Source of the DNA: Pseudomonadota bacterium
GTDB lineage: Bacteria; Pseudomonadota; Gammaproteobacteria; Burkholderiales; JAJZQI01
Length of the DNA: 64,000 nt
Direction: 5' to 3'
NCBI GenBank assembly: GCA_021851875.1
Contig: JAJZQI010000009.1
Span: 40,038 to 104,037, forward strand
Shown here: positions 18,683 to 27,795 of the stretch, piece by piece
Layout of the letters: each line of letters begins with the position of its first letter
Numbering within the stretch: the first letter of the stretch is position 1
Program-made: the position numbers and the translations under genes
Notes under the pieces: generated by a model
What the model was told of the DNA's origin: nothing
The model's database searches: none
Seen by the model: the letters and a program-made list of their open reading frames with translations, nothing else

Positions 18683-19477
18683 ATGCTGCGGGCGCTGAAC
18701 CGGCAACTGCATGATCTCGGTAATGCGGTCATGCGGCGCCTGGTGGGTTTTTCCGCCTTCATACGGTTTTTTCTGCGAACGTTTGCCTTGCTGTTCGAAC
18801 GGCGGGTTTATCATCCCATCGTGCTGGAAAATATCGGTCGGCAGCTGTACTTCACCGCCTTCCAGCCCTTGCCGGTGTTTGCCCTGTATACCGGCATCCT
18901 CAGTCTCAGTCTGGTCGGCATTATCGTTTCGCTGTCCGGCAGCTACGGGCTGGAGAATTACCGCCTGAGCCTGATCGCCGGTTTTCTCATGGCGGAGTTG
19001 CTGCCGTTCATGAGCGCCCTGTTCGTTGCCTTGCGTTCCGGTTCGGCCATCAATACGGAAATGGCGCTGATGGTGCTGACGCGGGAAAATCAGGCGTTGG
19101 AAGCCAATGGCGTGGAGGTGGCCGTGTTTGAATGGCTGCCGCGCCTGTTCGGCGTGTCGCTCTCGGTGGTGGTGCTGACGCTGTTTGCCGATATGCTGGC
19201 GGCGCTGGCCGGCTATCTGGTGCTGTACGACTGGCGCTTCGGTCATTGGCAGAGCTATCTCGGCGAGCTGGCGGCGGCGTTCGATCCCGTGCAGCTTGTG
19301 CTGGTGGTCGTCAAGGCGGTACTGTTCGGCGTGTGGATCGTGCTGATTCCCATCCATACCGGCCAGGGAGCGCACAGCCTGCCGCTGGTGCCGGTGATGG
19401 TGCTCAAGGGCATGATGCGGGTATTTCTGGCTTTGCTGATGACTGAGGTGGCGCTATTACTGCTGAGCTATCTTTAA
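18683..19477 (+). CDS. MlaE-family ABC transporter permease-like protein
   Basis: 264 aa and multi-TM. N-terminal region and TM layout resemble MlaE/Ttg2B permeases. Confidence 0.7.
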   Translation: MLRALNRQLHDLGNAVMRRLVGFSAFIRFFLRTFALLFERRVYHPIVLENIGRQLYFTAFQPLPVFALYTGILSLSLVGIIVSLSGSYGLENYRLSLIAGFLMAELLPFMSALFVALRSGSAINTEMALMVLTRENQALEANGVEVAVFEWLPRLFGVSLSVVVLTLFADMLAALAGYLVLYDWRFGHWQSYLGELAAAFDPVQLVLVVVKAVLFGVWIVLIPIHTGQGAHSLPLVPVMVLKGMMRVFLALLMTEVALLLLSYL

Positions 19478-19482
19478 CATGG

Positions 19483-19956
19483 GTGGCGAGTCCGGCTGAG
19501 GCCGAAGCGGTATTCGCCGAGCTGTCCCGCCGCGGTCAGCGGATAGCACGCATCGCAGGGGATTTGCCCTTGCGCGCTAACCTGAGTGCGCAGGAAAATG
19601 TGGCGCTGGGGCACGCTTTGCGTAGCGGGACGACTTTGCAGACGGCCATGCCCGGGGCATTGGCGCTGCTACAGGAGGCCGGCTACGCCGAAACGGCCGG
19701 CTTGCGCGACGACGCGCTCGGCGAACAGGCCCGCTTTGCGGTGAAACTGGCGCGCGCGTTGATGTCCGGGGCCGATACATTGGTGATTGACCGGCCGGGC
19801 AAAATGCTGGCCGACAGTCTGTACCCGCCTTTTGTAAGGAATTTGCTGCAGCGCATGGCGGGCCACTGCGGGCATGTCTGGATTATCGATTACAGTTGGA
19901 ACAGGCCCTTGTACGGTGAATGGGCCGACGAGGATGGGGCAGCGGGCAAATCATGA
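19483..19956 (+). CDS. truncated, degenerate ABC ATPase-like protein (no Walker A)
   Basis: 157 aa, starting 6 nt after the permease stop. It aligns only to the distal part of an ABC NBD. Q-loop-like LSAQENVALG is present. The signature position reads LGEQARFAVKLARAL instead of LSGGQ, and the Walker B position reads TLVIDRP instead of hhhhDEP. No GxxGxGK[ST] occurs in any frame nearby. Confidence 0.55.
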   Translation: MASPAEAEAVFAELSRRGQRIARIAGDLPLRANLSAQENVALGHALRSGTTLQTAMPGALALLQEAGYAETAGLRDDALGEQARFAVKLARALMSGADTLVIDRPGKMLADSLYPPFVRNLLQRMAGHCGHVWIIDYSWNRPLYGEWADEDGAAGKS

Positions 19957-20861
19957 ATCGCAACATGCAGTGGAAAGTGGGGCTGCTGCTGGCGCTGGTG
20001 CTGGTCAGCGCCGTCGGGTTTGCCGGTTATGTACTGGTGCGCCACGGCCTGTTCGAGAAATACGCCTTCGTGCATCTGCATGTCGATACCGCTGACAACA
20101 TTGACGTGGGTTTGCCGGTGGTGTTTTCCGGTCTGCGCATCGGCAACGTGGACGAGCTCAATCTGTTGCCCGCGGGCAATGTCGAGGTCGTGCTGAAAAT
20201 GCCGGCCAGGTACCTCAAGTGGATTCGCAGCGACAGTGCGTTCTACCTCGACAAGCCGCTGATCGGGGCGGCCAGCATTCGCGTGCTGCCGGGCGATCCG
20301 GGCTCGCCGCCGCTGCCGAAAGATGCCGTGCGGCAGCTGGCGAATGACGGCGGGGCCACCAGCACGCGCATCATGCTGCTGAAATTGCATGCCATTCTCG
20401 ACAACGTGCAGATGATGACAACCGATGGCGGTTCTTTGCGCAATGGCATCAAGGACCTGTCTACCGTCACGCACCGTATGGCCGGCAAATACGGTGTAAT
20501 GGAAGGCATCACCGGCAGTCCGGAGAGCGCGCGGGATGTGGTGCAGGCGCTGACCAGCCTGAAACAGACCGGCGCCCGACTGCAGCAACTGATCGGCAAA
20601 CTTGACACGCTTGCCGCCAAGGCCGATAACACGGTGTTCCGGCCCGACGGCGTGGCGGACCAGACCCAGCAGTTGCTGCAGGAAACCCGTGCGGCGCTCA
20701 AGCATCTGGATGCGACCTTGCAAAACGCCGAGGGCGCCAGTACCGATCTCAACCTGTTGCGCGGCCAGATCGAGGCTTCGCTGCAAAAGACCAACCTCAT
20801 GCTGGACGAGTTGAATAGACGATGGCCCTTCGCAAAATCTCCCGCGCCGGATTTGCCCTGA
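19953..20861 (+). CDS. MlaD/MCE-domain protein
   Basis: MNRNMQWKVGLLLALVLVSAVGFAGYVLV forms a TM anchor, followed by an MCE-like core (GLPVVFSGLRIGNVDEL) and a long helical C-terminus. The ATG overlaps the previous stop (ATGA). Confidence 0.7.
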   Translation: MNRNMQWKVGLLLALVLVSAVGFAGYVLVRHGLFEKYAFVHLHVDTADNIDVGLPVVFSGLRIGNVDELNLLPAGNVEVVLKMPARYLKWIRSDSAFYLDKPLIGAASIRVLPGDPGSPPLPKDAVRQLANDGGATSTRIMLLKLHAILDNVQMMTTDGGSLRNGIKDLSTVTHRMAGKYGVMEGITGSPESARDVVQALTSLKQTGARLQQLIGKLDTLAAKADNTVFRPDGVADQTQQLLQETRAALKHLDATLQNAEGASTDLNLLRGQIEASLQKTNLMLDELNRRWPFAKSPAPDLP

Positions 20862-21499
20862 TTCTCCTGCTGCTGGCCGGCTGCGCCGTGCAGACCGCAC
20901 CGCGCTGGCGTTTGACGGCGGACAGCGAGTTGCAGTTGCTGGCCACGGCACTGCTTGAGGGGCAGGAGCGGCAGGCGGCCTGGCGCCTGTCCGAGGCCGT
21001 GCGTGCCGCCACGGCCACAGCCCAGCCGGAAGCGGTTGGCCGGGTCTGGCTGTACGCTTGCGCGATCGCTACGGCCAGGCTCGACAACACCCTGTGCAGC
21101 CGTTATGCCGCTATGCCACAAACGGATCAGCCGGAATCGCATCGCAGCTACTATGCATTCCTGCAGGGCAAGTGGGCTGATGTGGCCGTGGCTACCCTGC
21201 CGGTCGTTTACCATTCTGTCGTGACGGCAAAGGACAGCGCATCCCGTGAGGCGGCCGTCGCCGTCATAGCCGATCCCCAGTCCCGCCTGATCGCGGCAGC
21301 GGCCTGCGTAGAGGCCGGTCAGTGCGGGCAGGGGGGCGTCAATGTCGCGGTCGATACCGCTTCAGCCCAGGGGTGGCGCGGAGCCTTGTATCCCTGGTTG
21401 CTGCGACAGCGCGACGGGCTGCTGCAAGGCGGTGACACGGTCGGGGCGCACAAGGTGCAGGCGAGGATTGATTTGCTGCGGGCGACCTCAGGCAAGTGA
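20822..21499 (+). CDS. lipoprotein of unknown function
   Basis: Lipobox LLLAGC after a basic N-terminus. No family recognised, and it does not look like the usual DUF330 auxiliary lipoprotein. Overlaps the MCE gene by 40 nt. Confidence 0.5.
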   Translation: MALRKISRAGFALILLLLAGCAVQTAPRWRLTADSELQLLATALLEGQERQAAWRLSEAVRAATATAQPEAVGRVWLYACAIATARLDNTLCSRYAAMPQTDQPESHRSYYAFLQGKWADVAVATLPVVYHSVVTAKDSASREAAVAVIADPQSRLIAAAACVEAGQCGQGGVNVAVDTASAQGWRGALYPWLLRQRDGLLQGGDTVGAHKVQARIDLLRATSGK

Positions 21500-21531
21500 A
21501 CCGATATTGCCGGGGAAGCGGGGGGAACCGC

Positions 21532-22269
21532 TTATTTCCCCATATCCCGCACCAGGTGCTGCTGTCTTCGGCTGATCGGCAATCTTTCCGTCAGCCCGTG
21601 CAAAATCACCAGCCAGTTGCCGCCTTCTTCGTCGGCGTGTCGCTCAAACCCCGCAATGGCCTTGCGGTTGACCAGACAGTTGCGGTGAATACGGACGAAG
21701 GTCTGGGCGAATTCCTGCTCCAGTTGCGTGAGCGATTCTTCCAATAGATATTCGTGATCCTGTGTTTTCACGGTGACGTATTTGAGTTCGGCGCGTAAAT
21801 AGAGCACAGCCTCAAGCGATACCAGCAGGACCTTGTCGCGCTCATGTACGGCCAGGTGCCGGCGCCGGCTGTTCAGCTGTCGGGCGCTGGCGGCAAGACC
21901 GGCCGGGGCCGGCGGGCGGGCCTTGGCAAGCGCTTGTTGCAGCCGTTCGAGGCGAATGGGTTTGAGCAGGTAGTCGATGGCATTCAGTTCGAATGCTTGC
22001 AGCGCATACTGGTCATAGGCCGTGGTGAAGATGATGGCGGGCGGGTGCGGCAGGCGGTTGAGATGGCGGGCGCACTCGATCCCGTCCATGTCGGGCATGC
22101 TGATGTCCAGTAAAACCACATCCGGCTGCGTCGTGTCGGCCAACTGCACGGCTTCGCGGCCGTTGGCGGCTTCACCGGTGATGCTCAGGGCGGGATTGCC
22201 CAGGTCTTTCAGCAGTTGGCGCAGACGGGTGCGCGCCAGCGGCTCGTCATCGACCAGCAGCAGTTTCAT
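21532..22269 (-). CDS. LytTR-family response regulator (AlgR-like)
   Basis: REC domain (MKLLLVDDEPLAR...VLLDISMPDMDG) plus a C-terminal LytTR DNA-binding domain (YLRAELKYVTVKT...FVRIHRNCLVN). Confidence 0.88.
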   Translation of the reverse strand: MKLLLVDDEPLARTRLRQLLKDLGNPALSITGEAANGREAVQLADTTQPDVVLLDISMPDMDGIECARHLNRLPHPPAIIFTTAYDQYALQAFELNAIDYLLKPIRLERLQQALAKARPPAPAGLAASARQLNSRRRHLAVHERDKVLLVSLEAVLYLRAELKYVTVKTQDHEYLLEESLTQLEQEFAQTFVRIHRNCLVNRKAIAGFERHADEEGGNWLVILHGLTERLPISRRQQHLVRDMGK

Positions 22270-23246
22270 TGCGGCGGCCTCATGACCGTCGGATGGCCGC
22301 TGGTGATGTAGGGCCAGACGATGTGCACGGTGTAATGACCTTGCTGCAGCTGGGTTTTCAGGCTGGCTTCGGCGTCAAAATGCAGCGCCAGGCGTTCCTT
22401 GATGTTGTCCATCGCCAGCCGGTTGCCGCCCTGGTGGTTGGTATGGGGGTAATAGGGGTTCTTGATGATGCAATGCATCTCATCCTTGCTGCGGTAGAGA
22501 TTGATGCTGACCAGCCCGCCTGCCGGGTTGGGTTCAATGCCGTGGTAAACGGCATTTTCCACCAGCGGCTGCAGGATCAGCGGGGGGATGAGCGCGTCGA
22601 AGGGCGTCTTGTCGATATGCCACTCGGTCTGCAAACGCTCCCCCAGCCGCAGCTGCTCAATGGCCAGATAAGCCTGGCACAGCTCTATTTCGCGCTCCAG
22701 CGGAGCCAGTGTGCGGGTGTCCTGCATGAGCGCGCGAATCAGCTCGGACAGGTTTTCCAGTGCGGTTTCGGCGCGGCGCGGCTCGTGGCGGATCAGGCTG
22801 AGCACGGCATTGAGGCTGTTGAACAGAAAATGCGGGCGGATGCGCGCCTGCAGCGCCTGCAAACGCGCTTCGGCAATGGCGGGCGAGAGGGCGCGGCTGC
22901 GCAGATTGAAATAACCCAGCGTCAGGCCTGTCAGCGCCAGCGAGAAGGCGGCCGGCCGCCACCAGTTGCCCGGCTGTCCGTCGGCGATGGGGGTCGACAG
23001 CAGGTGATAGAGCAGGGTGATGGACAGCACCAGCAAAAGGATGAACAGCACGGCCGTGTTGTAACGCATGCGCAGCAGCGGCCGGCGCAGTGCGCACAGG
23101 ATCAGCAGCGTGGCGATGAGCGGCGGCTGGAACGCGGCGGCCAGCAGCATGGCGCCGTTGGCGATGACCAGGGTGCGCAGGATGATGCCCAGGTTGCAGG
23201 GGTCGGGCAAGGTTACTGCGGGCGAGTTGTGCTTTATAATCTTCAC
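22266..23246 (-). CDS. LytS/AlgZ(FimS)-type sensor histidine kinase
   Basis: LPDPCNLGIILRTLVIANG N-terminus, TM segments, His_kinase box RIRPHFLFNSLNAVLSLI and ATPase motif LILQPLVENAVYHGI. GTG 23246 is chosen as start. The rest of the 817-aa ORF is antisense to argH. Confidence 0.8.
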   Translation of the reverse strand: MKIIKHNSPAVTLPDPCNLGIILRTLVIANGAMLLAAAFQPPLIATLLILCALRRPLLRMRYNTAVLFILLLVLSITLLYHLLSTPIADGQPGNWWRPAAFSLALTGLTLGYFNLRSRALSPAIAEARLQALQARIRPHFLFNSLNAVLSLIRHEPRRAETALENLSELIRALMQDTRTLAPLEREIELCQAYLAIEQLRLGERLQTEWHIDKTPFDALIPPLILQPLVENAVYHGIEPNPAGGLVSINLYRSKDEMHCIIKNPYYPHTNHQGGNRLAMDNIKERLALHFDAEASLKTQLQQGHYTVHIVWPYITSGHPTVMRPPQ

Positions 23247-23276
23247 TTTAAGGATTTTGGATAAGGCGTGGCGGCA

Positions 23277-24677
23277 ATGCAAGAAAAAAAGGCGGGTTTG
23301 AACAATGCGGAATTCTGGTCGGGTCGTTTTACCGAGCCGGTGGCGGAGATCGTCAAGCGCTATACCGCCTCGGTATTCTTCGACAATCGCCTGGCTGAGG
23401 TGGATATCCGCGGCTCGCTGGCGCATGCCAAGATGCTGGCGGCTGTGGGCGTGCTGAGCGGAGAAGACCTCGCCGCCATCGAACGCGGCATGGCTGAAAT
23501 CCTGCGGGAAATCCATGCCGGCCAATTCGAATGGCAGCTCGATCTGGAAGACGTGCACCTCAATATCGAGCGGCGTTTGACGGAAAAAGTGGGCGATGCG
23601 GGCAAACGCCTGCACACCGGACGTTCGCGCAACGACCAGGTGGCCACCGATGTGCGTCTGTACGTGCGCGATGCCATCGACCGCAATCTGCAGCAGCTGA
23701 AAGACGTGCAGCTGGCCTTTCTCTCCCTGGCCGAAAAGCATGCCGACACGGTCATGCCCGGTTTCACCCATCTGCAGGTGGCCCAGCCGGTCAGTTTCGG
23801 CCACCACATGCTGGCCTATTTCGAGATGATGAAGCGCGATGCCGAGCGTTTCGCCGACTGCCGCAAGCGCGTCAACCGGCTGCCGCTGGGTGCCGCGGCG
23901 CTGGCCGGCACGACCTACCCGATCGACCGCGCAATGGTGGCCCGCGAACTGGGCTTTGACGGCGTGTGTGAAAATTCGCTCGATGCGGTATCCGATCGCG
24001 ATTTCGCCATCGAGTACTGTGCCGCGGCTTCCCTGCTGATGACCCACCTGTCGCGCCTGTCCGAGGAGCTGATTCTGTGGATGACGCCGCGCTTCGGCTT
24101 CATCAAGCTGTCCGACCGTTTCTGCACCGGTTCGTCCATCATGCCGCAAAAGAAAAACCCGGACGTGCCGGAACTGATCCGCGGCAAGACCGGCCGCAGC
24201 AACGGCAACCTGATCAGCCTGCTGACCCTGATGAAGGGCCAGCCGCTGGCCTACAACAAGGACAACCAGGAAGACAAGGAACCCCTGTTCGACAGCATCG
24301 ATACCGTGCGCGACACCCTGGCCATCGTGGCCGACATGCTCACCGGCGTGACGGTCAATACCGAGGCCATGCGCGCGGCGGCCAGCCAGGGTTTCGCCAC
24401 GGCGACAGATCTGGCCGACTATCTGGTGAAAAAGGGGGTGGCCTTCCGCGACGCGCACGAAATCGTGGCGTTGGCGGTTCGTCATGCCGAATTGCAGGGC
24501 TGCGACCTGAACGATCTGCCGCTGGATGTGCTCAAGGGTTTTTCCGCCGGGATCGACGCGGACGTCTACAGCGTGCTGACGCTGGAGGGCTCGCTGGCCA
24601 GCCGTAATCACATCGGCGGGACCGCGCCGGCACAGGTGCGTGCGGCGGTGGAGCGTGCTCGCGGGGCGCTGGACTGA
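23277..24677 (+). CDS. argH: argininosuccinate lyase
   Basis: Motifs [35 protein letters not shown] and the fumarate-lyase signature [15 protein letters not shown] 23277 is preferred over GTG 23268. Confidence 0.93.
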   Translation: MQEKKAGLNNAEFWSGRFTEPVAEIVKRYTASVFFDNRLAEVDIRGSLAHAKMLAAVGVLSGEDLAAIERGMAEILREIHAGQFEWQLDLEDVHLNIERRLTEKVGDAGKRLHTGRSRNDQVATDVRLYVRDAIDRNLQQLKDVQLAFLSLAEKHADTVMPGFTHLQVAQPVSFGHHMLAYFEMMKRDAERFADCRKRVNRLPLGAAALAGTTYPIDRAMVARELGFDGVCENSLDAVSDRDFAIEYCAAASLLMTHLSRLSEELILWMTPRFGFIKLSDRFCTGSSIMPQKKNPDVPELIRGKTGRSNGNLISLLTLMKGQPLAYNKDNQEDKEPLFDSIDTVRDTLAIVADMLTGVTVNTEAMRAAASQGFATATDLADYLVKKGVAFRDAHEIVALAVRHAELQGCDLNDLPLDVLKGFSAGIDADVYSVLTLEGSLASRNHIGGTAPAQVRAAVERARGALD

Positions 24678-24761
24678 TATGGCATGTGTATTGCTTGATT
24701 CAATTGTTGCGAAAGCCATAATGGCGGCGCAAGCAACAATTCAAACAAGGGCGGAGTGAAG

Positions 24762-25160
24762 ATGGACAAGCAGGAGATGTTCAGCCACGACTGGCTGGAG
24801 GGGTTTGCCGAGCGCTGGAACAACACGGAGGAGATGGTGACGCCGTTGGGTGAAGCCGGCTTCAACGCCATTATCGGCTTCGGCTTCAAGGGGGAGGTCG
24901 GACCGCGTGTTCTGCTGGATGTGCAGAGCGGCCGAGTGGTGCGCGCCGGCATGTCCACGCAAGACAGCCCGATTCCGGACTGGGATCTGCGTGCCCATCA
25001 CGACCAGTGGCAGAAGTGGCGCAGCGAGCCCCTGACGCTGGCCGGCCTGGGGGTGGCCGTGGCTGGCGGCAATCTGGAGTTCAAGCGCGGGGACTACCGT
25101 AAAATGATCCGCCAAATGCACCTGGCCAAACCGTTTTTGCATTTCTTCAATCTGCTGTAA
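24762..25160 (+). CDS. small SCP2-like / unknown-function protein
   Basis: About 132 aa and soluble. C-terminal GGNLEFKRGDYRKMIRQM resembles SCP2 sterol-carrier-like proteins. Functional assignment is weak. Confidence 0.45.
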   Translation: MDKQEMFSHDWLEGFAERWNNTEEMVTPLGEAGFNAIIGFGFKGEVGPRVLLDVQSGRVVRAGMSTQDSPIPDWDLRAHHDQWQKWRSEPLTLAGLGVAVAGGNLEFKRGDYRKMIRQMHLAKPFLHFFNLL

Positions 25161-25194
25161 TTCTTTCGGGCGCCCGGTCCTGGGCGCCAATTGC

Positions 25195-25899
25195 ATGATC
25201 CGTATCATTCACAGCGACCCGCGCTTTTATCTCATCAACAAATCGCCCGGCGTCGGATTTCATCGCGAAGCCGACGCGCCGGGTGTGCTGGATCTGTTGC
25301 GCCGGCAGTTGGCGGATACCCCTGTCTGGCCGGTGCACCGGCTCGATAGGGTGACGTCGGGTTTGCTGCTGGTGGCCCGATCGGCCGCAGTGGCAGCCGA
25401 GTTGGGCGAGCAATTTGCCGCCGGGACGGTGGAAAAATATTACCTGGCGTTGTCGGACCGCAAGCCGAACAAAAAACAGGGAATGGTCAAAGGCGATATG
25501 GCCAAGGGCCGCGGCGGGGCGTGGAAACTGCTGCAGAGCCAGGCCAATCCGGCCGTGACCCAGTTCTTCAGCGCTTCGGTCACGCCCGGCTTGCGGCTAT
25601 TCGTGCTGCGGCCGCGCAGCGGCAAGACGCACCAGCTGCGCGTGGCCATGAAAAGCCTGTCGGCGCCGATTCTGGGCGATACCTTATATGGCGGCAGCGC
25701 GGCGGACCGCGCCTATCTGCATGCGGCGATGCTGAAATTCCGCCTGGGGGCGGAGGCTTTCAGCTTTTTCTGCCCGCCGGACCAGGGCGAGCAGTTCGGC
25801 ACCAGGGAGTTTGCCGCTGCGTTGGCCCGGACGGGCGATTTATCCGCTTGGCCCTGGCCGCACTGGGGCGGCCGGATGAGCGCATGGGTGGAAGAGTAA
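25195..25899 (+). CDS. RluA-family pseudouridine synthase
   Basis: Catalytic motif HRLDRVTSGLLLVARS, plus KTHQLRVAM. Confidence 0.85.
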   Translation: MIRIIHSDPRFYLINKSPGVGFHREADAPGVLDLLRRQLADTPVWPVHRLDRVTSGLLLVARSAAVAAELGEQFAAGTVEKYYLALSDRKPNKKQGMVKGDMAKGRGGAWKLLQSQANPAVTQFFSASVTPGLRLFVLRPRSGKTHQLRVAMKSLSAPILGDTLYGGSAADRAYLHAAMLKFRLGAEAFSFFCPPDQGEQFGTREFAAALARTGDLSAWPWPHWGGRMSAWVEE

Positions 25900-25933
25900 G
25901 CTGGGGAGTGCGCTGCGGCCGGGCTGGCCAGTC

Positions 25934-26251
25934 TTATGCGATGGTGACGCTTTCGCCCGCCTGCTGGCTGACCAGGCGCGACAGATCGCTTTTGAGCTCG
26001 GTGCCTTCGCGCGAGCTGATCCATGAACCGTTTCGCCACTGGTAGTGGAAGCCGCCGCTTTTGGCCGCCACCCAGATCTCCTGGGCAATCGAATGCTTGT
26101 TGATGACGATCTGGCTGTCGTCGGAAAATTCCACTGTCAGAATGCCGTCGCCGGACATTTCCCAGTCCAGGTCCGCACCGCTGGCTTCCAATGAAGTTTC
26201 AATCTCTTGCAGTGTTTTTCCGGCCAGTTCGGCAAACTCGCTCTCGGTCAT
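25934..26251 (-). CDS. cyaY: frataxin-like iron donor CyaY
   Basis: MTESEFAELAGKTLQEIE..., GILTVEF..., IVINKHSIAQEIWVAAKSGGFHY. Start is at the internal ATG 26251. Confidence 0.85.
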   Translation of the reverse strand: MTESEFAELAGKTLQEIETSLEASGADLDWEMSGDGILTVEFSDDSQIVINKHSIAQEIWVAAKSGGFHYQWRNGSWISSREGTELKSDLSRLVSQQAGESVTIA

Positions 26252-26331
26252 GGGGGGAATCCTTTCTGTGGTAATATTTGCAGCTTCCAATATTATGATT
26301 GAAGCCTGCAGCAGGCTCCCTATTTTATCTC

Positions 26332-26502
26332 ATGAAACGCCATCTGCTTTCTGCTTTTGCCGTGGCCGGGCTATTCGCTCTGGCCGGTTGTGGTTTTAAA
26401 GGTAATCTTTATCTGCCGCCGTCGACGGCCACTGCCAAGCCGGCCGCTCCAGCGCCTGCGCCCCAAAGCACATCCGCATCTGCAGTGAAGGGCGTCCAAT
26501 GA
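26332..26502 (+). CDS. lptM: LPS-assembly lipoprotein LptM (YifL-like)
   Basis: MKRHLLSAFAVAGLFALAGCGFKGNLYLPP, a lipobox plus the conserved GxKGxLYLP motif. Lies immediately upstream of, and overlapping, lysA. Confidence 0.75.
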   Translation: MKRHLLSAFAVAGLFALAGCGFKGNLYLPPSTATAKPAAPAPAPQSTSASAVKGVQ

Positions 26503-27758
26503 GCGTATTCCCCAATCCGCATCTGCTGCGGCGCGACGGCAGTCTGTGGCTGGAGGGCGTGTCGCTGACCGAGCTGGCGCGCACGTACGGCACGCCCTTG
26601 TATGTCTATTCCCGCACCGCGCTGGAAGAGGCCTATCGCAGTTACGATGCCGCTTTTGCCAGCCACTCCCACCGCATTTGTTATGCCGTCAAGGCCAACA
26701 GCTCGCTGGCGGTGCTGAGCGTGTTCGCCCGTCTGGGCAGCGGCTTCGACATTGTTTCCGGCGGCGAGCTGCAGCGTGTGCTGGCGGCGGGTGGCGACGC
26801 AGAGAAGGTGCTGTTTTCCGGCGTGGGCAAGACCGTGGCGGAAATGGAAATGGCGCTGGCGGCCGGCATCGGCTGTTTCAACGTCGAATCCGCCGCCGAG
26901 CTGGAGCGCCTCAATGAAGTCGCCGGCCGGCTGGGCAAGCGCGCGCCGGTGTCCCTGCGGGTGAACCCGAATGTGGATGCCAAGACGCATCCCTATATTT
27001 CCACCGGCCTGAAAGAGAACAAGTTCGGCGTGCCCTATGAAGAGGCCTTGCCGCTGTACCGCCGGGCGCGCGAGCTGGGCAATCTGGACGTGCATGGCAT
27101 CGACTGTCACATCGGCTCGCAGCTGACCGATGTGAGCCCCTTCGGCGATGCGCTGGACAAGGTGCTGCAGCTGCTGGATGCGCTCGAGGCGGAAGGCTTT
27201 GACATGCGCCATGTGGATTTGGGCGGCGGCGTCGGCATCCGGTACAAGGATGAAACGCCGCCGGCGGTGACGGAGTACGCGCAAACCCTGCTGTCGCGCC
27301 TCGCCGGGCGCAAGCAGGCGGTATTCATCGAACCGGGCCGCTCGCTGGTGGGCAACGCCGGCTTGCTGCTGACCCGCGTGGAATATCTGAAGAGCAACGG
27401 CGACAAGCATTTCGCCATTGTCGATGCGGCCATGAACGATTTGATGCGCCCTGCTCTGTATGAGGCCTGGCACGAAATCGTGCCGGTGACCGAGCGCGTC
27501 GGCACGAGCGAAAGTTATGACATTGTCGGGCCGGTGTGTGAAACCGGCGATTTCATCGGCCATGGCCGGCCGCTGGTGCTGGCGCAGGACGACGTGCTGG
27601 CGGTGCTGTCGGCCGGCGCCTACGGCATGAGCATGAGTTCCAACTACAACACCCGCCCACGTGCGGCCGAAGTCATGGTGCAGGGAGACCGGGCCAGCCT
27701 GGTACGCGAACGGGAGACCGTGGCAGCGTTGCTGTCGATCGAAAAACTGGCAGACTAG
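26499..27758 (+). CDS. lysA: diaminopimelate decarboxylase
   Basis: PLP-Lys region ICYAVKANSSLAVL, plus GPVCETGDF and SAGAYGMSMSSNYN. Confidence 0.93.
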   Translation: MSVFPNPHLLRRDGSLWLEGVSLTELARTYGTPLYVYSRTALEEAYRSYDAAFASHSHRICYAVKANSSLAVLSVFARLGSGFDIVSGGELQRVLAAGGDAEKVLFSGVGKTVAEMEMALAAGIGCFNVESAAELERLNEVAGRLGKRAPVSLRVNPNVDAKTHPYISTGLKENKFGVPYEEALPLYRRARELGNLDVHGIDCHIGSQLTDVSPFGDALDKVLQLLDALEAEGFDMRHVDLGGGVGIRYKDETPPAVTEYAQTLLSRLAGRKQAVFIEPGRSLVGNAGLLLTRVEYLKSNGDKHFAIVDAAMNDLMRPALYEAWHEIVPVTERVGTSESYDIVGPVCETGDFIGHGRPLVLAQDDVLAVLSAGAYGMSMSSNYNTRPRAAEVMVQGDRASLVRERETVAALLSIEKLAD

Positions 27759-27795
27759 GTAAGGCAAGCGTCCCGCCTTCAGATCAGGAGCGACA

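Noticed and set aside
22266-24719. 817-aa minus-strand ORF that looks like a very large protein
   Set aside because: Only the C-terminal 326 codons (22266..23246) read as a LytS/AlgZ-type kinase. The remainder is the stop-free antisense strand of argH in GC-rich DNA and has low-complexity Arg/Gly/His-rich composition.
24678-24761. Imperfect 17-bp inverted repeat (CTTGATTCAATTGTTGC ... GCAACAATTCAAACAAG) after argH as a terminator
   Set aside because: The stem has 3 mismatches, the loop is about 25 nt and no T-run follows. It is not convincing as an intrinsic terminator and has no recognisable operator consensus.
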